Origin: an uncultured Oscillospiraceae bacterium
Lineage (GTDB): Bacteria > Bacillota > Clostridia > Christensenellales > CAG-138
Assembly: GCA_964541465.1 (NCBI GenBank)
Contig: CAZIQO010000003.1
Location: 1 to 54,378, forward strand
Direction: 5' to 3'
DNA: 54,378 nucleotides
The notes beneath the pieces are model-generated. The model was not told the DNA's origin and ran no database searches. It worked only from the letters and a program-made list of their open reading frames with translations. Numbering within the stretch: position 1 is the stretch's first letter; every line of letters begins with the position of its first letter. Positions 53,229-54,378 of this stretch are shown piece after piece. The translations under genes and the position numbers were made by a program.

Positions 53229-54257
53229 ATGACGAAGACCGAAAAAAAGACCGTCCTGATCACGGGCGCGGCGGGGTTCATCGGATACCATCTGGCAAAG
53301 CGGTTGCTCGAATCGGGGTATGCGGTCGAGGGGTTCGACAGCGTCAACGACTATTACGATCCCGCGCTGAAGCGGGCGCGCCTGGATGAGCTGTCCGCGT
53401 TCGGCTCGTTCGCCTTCACGAAGGGCGACCTGACGGACGGAGCGGCGGTGGACGCGCTGTTTGCGCGCTGCCGTCCGGCGGCCGTGGTTCACCTTGCAGC
53501 GCAGGCCGGCGTGCGCTACGGCATGGAGCATCCGCGCGTATACATCGAGAGCAACGTGGTCGGCTTTTTCAACGTGCTCGAGGCGGCGAGGCGGCATCCG
53601 GTGGAGCACCTGCTGTTCGCGTCGAGTTCGTCGGTGTACGGCAATCGGGAGAAAACGCCGTTTTCCGTGGCGGACCCGGTCGACCGGCCCGTGTCGCTCT
53701 ACGCCGCGACCAAGAAGAGCGACGAACTGATCGCGTACACGTACGCGCATCTCTACGGCATACCGGCGACGGGGCTGCGCTTCTTCACGGTCTACGGGCC
53801 GTTCGGCCGGCCGGACATGGCGTATTTCAAGTTTACGAAAGCGATCTTCGAAGGCGAAACGATCGACGTTTACAACAACGGCGATCTGATGCGGGATTTC
53901 ACCTACGTCGACGACGTCGTTTCCTGCGTGGAGCGTATGCTGTTTTCGCCGCCGAAGAAGGACGCGGCCGGCGATCGGTACATGCTCTACAACATCGGCA
54001 ACAACCGGCCCGAGCGGCTCATGGATTTTATCGAAACGCTCGAGCGCGCCGCAGGCCGGGAAGCGAAGAAGCGGTTCCTGCCCATGCAGGCGGGCGACGT
54101 ATACCGGACCTATGCGGACATCTCCGAAACGGTCAGGGATTTCGGGTTTGCGCCGAAAACGAAGATCTTTGAGGGGCTGCCGCGCTTTGTGGACTGGTAC
54201 CGGGCGTACTACCGGGTCGGGCAGGCAAAACAGGAAATACTCCGCCGAAGGCGGTAA
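53229..54257 (+). CDS. NAD-dependent epimerase, UDP-glucuronate 4-epimerase type
   Basis: VLITGAAGFIGYHL, ...SSSSVYG..., ...YAATKKSDE (YxxxK). 342 aa. Confidence 0.85.
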   Translation: MTKTEKKTVLITGAAGFIGYHLAKRLLESGYAVEGFDSVNDYYDPALKRARLDELSAFGSFAFTKGDLTDGAAVDALFARCRPAAVVHLAAQAGVRYGMEHPRVYIESNVVGFFNVLEAARRHPVEHLLFASSSSVYGNREKTPFSVADPVDRPVSLYAATKKSDELIAYTYAHLYGIPATGLRFFTVYGPFGRPDMAYFKFTKAIFEGETIDVYNNGDLMRDFTYVDDVVSCVERMLFSPPKKDAAGDRYMLYNIGNNRPERLMDFIETLERAAGREAKKRFLPMQAGDVYRTYADISETVRDFGFAPKTKIFEGLPRFVDWYRAYYRVGQAKQEILRRRR

Positions 54258-54278
54258 ACGAAACAGGATGGGGAACGG

Positions 54279-54378
54279 ATGATAGGATTCTACAATTACA
54301 CGGTCATTCTCACGTATCTGGGCGTGGCGAGCGCCGTACTCGGCATGGGGCTTGCGTATTACGGCCGCACATCGATGG
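54279..54378 (+). CDS. 5' fragment of a membrane protein, probably CDP-alcohol phosphatidyltransferase family (runs off the window)
   Basis: MIGFYNYTVILTYLGVASAVLGMGLAYYGRTSM resembles the N-terminus of clostridial PssA-like proteins. Only 33 codons are visible. Confidence 0.5.
   Translation, partial: MIGFYNYTVILTYLGVASAVLGMGLAYYGRTSM

Overview
This is a high-G+C chromosomal segment (about 65% by eye). Its signals look Firmicutes/Clostridia-like: GGAGG ribosome-binding sites, TGn-extended -10 promoters, an ECF transporter, CotH, DUF3842 and PrsW. I call about 45 protein genes and one tRNA-Leu(CAA); there are no rRNA genes, CRISPR arrays, transposases or integrases.

Gene content, left to right:
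- EamA permease
- CotH kinase with 4 lamin-tail domains, then a VTC-domain protein and a DUF4956 protein
- DUF3842 and PrsW proteins
- a large polytopic membrane protein followed by a UbiA-type prenyl-phosphate phosphoribosyltransferase-like gene
- LRR lipoprotein, DAG-kinase-family lipid kinase, PatB/MalY C-S lyase
- an ecfT-ecfA-ecfA operon divergent from an S-component-like gene and an amidohydrolase
- an AT-rich islet carrying a lone NYN-domain gene
- marR-MFS-GH2
- two overlapping uncharacterised acidic proteins
- larE-larB-larC
- two small membrane proteins
- an AT-rich islet carrying a DapF-like gene next to tRNA-Leu
- mscL and a GtrB-like GT2
- tetR plus an unusually long RND permease, then a GNAT
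- a >13-kb surface-polysaccharide operon (GT2, 2x GT4, a Wzy::ATP-grasp fusion, CapA-like, 3x GT2, Wzx, Ugd, UDP-GlcA 4-epimerase)

Signals most worth a second look:
1. A four-copy, multi-hairpin intergenic element of about 140-185 bp. Every copy sits just 3' of a stop codon and is co-oriented with that gene. One copy is bracketed by a duplicated 27-nt terminator hairpin.
2. Two small AT-rich islets, one with a NYN nuclease-fold gene and one with a DapF-like gene in which both catalytic Cys are Ser. The second is tied to duplicated tRNA-Leu 3'-end and terminator sequences.
3. A Wzy::TupA-like ATP-grasp fusion, a CapA-like protein and uronic-acid genes, which together suggest an amino-acid-decorated uronic acid polymer.
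4. An RND permease with a coiled-coil insertion of about 250 aa.
5. The CotH-VTC-DUF4956 module.

Many long ORFs in the supplied track are Arg/Pro/Gly-rich shadow frames typical of high-G+C DNA, and I rejected them.
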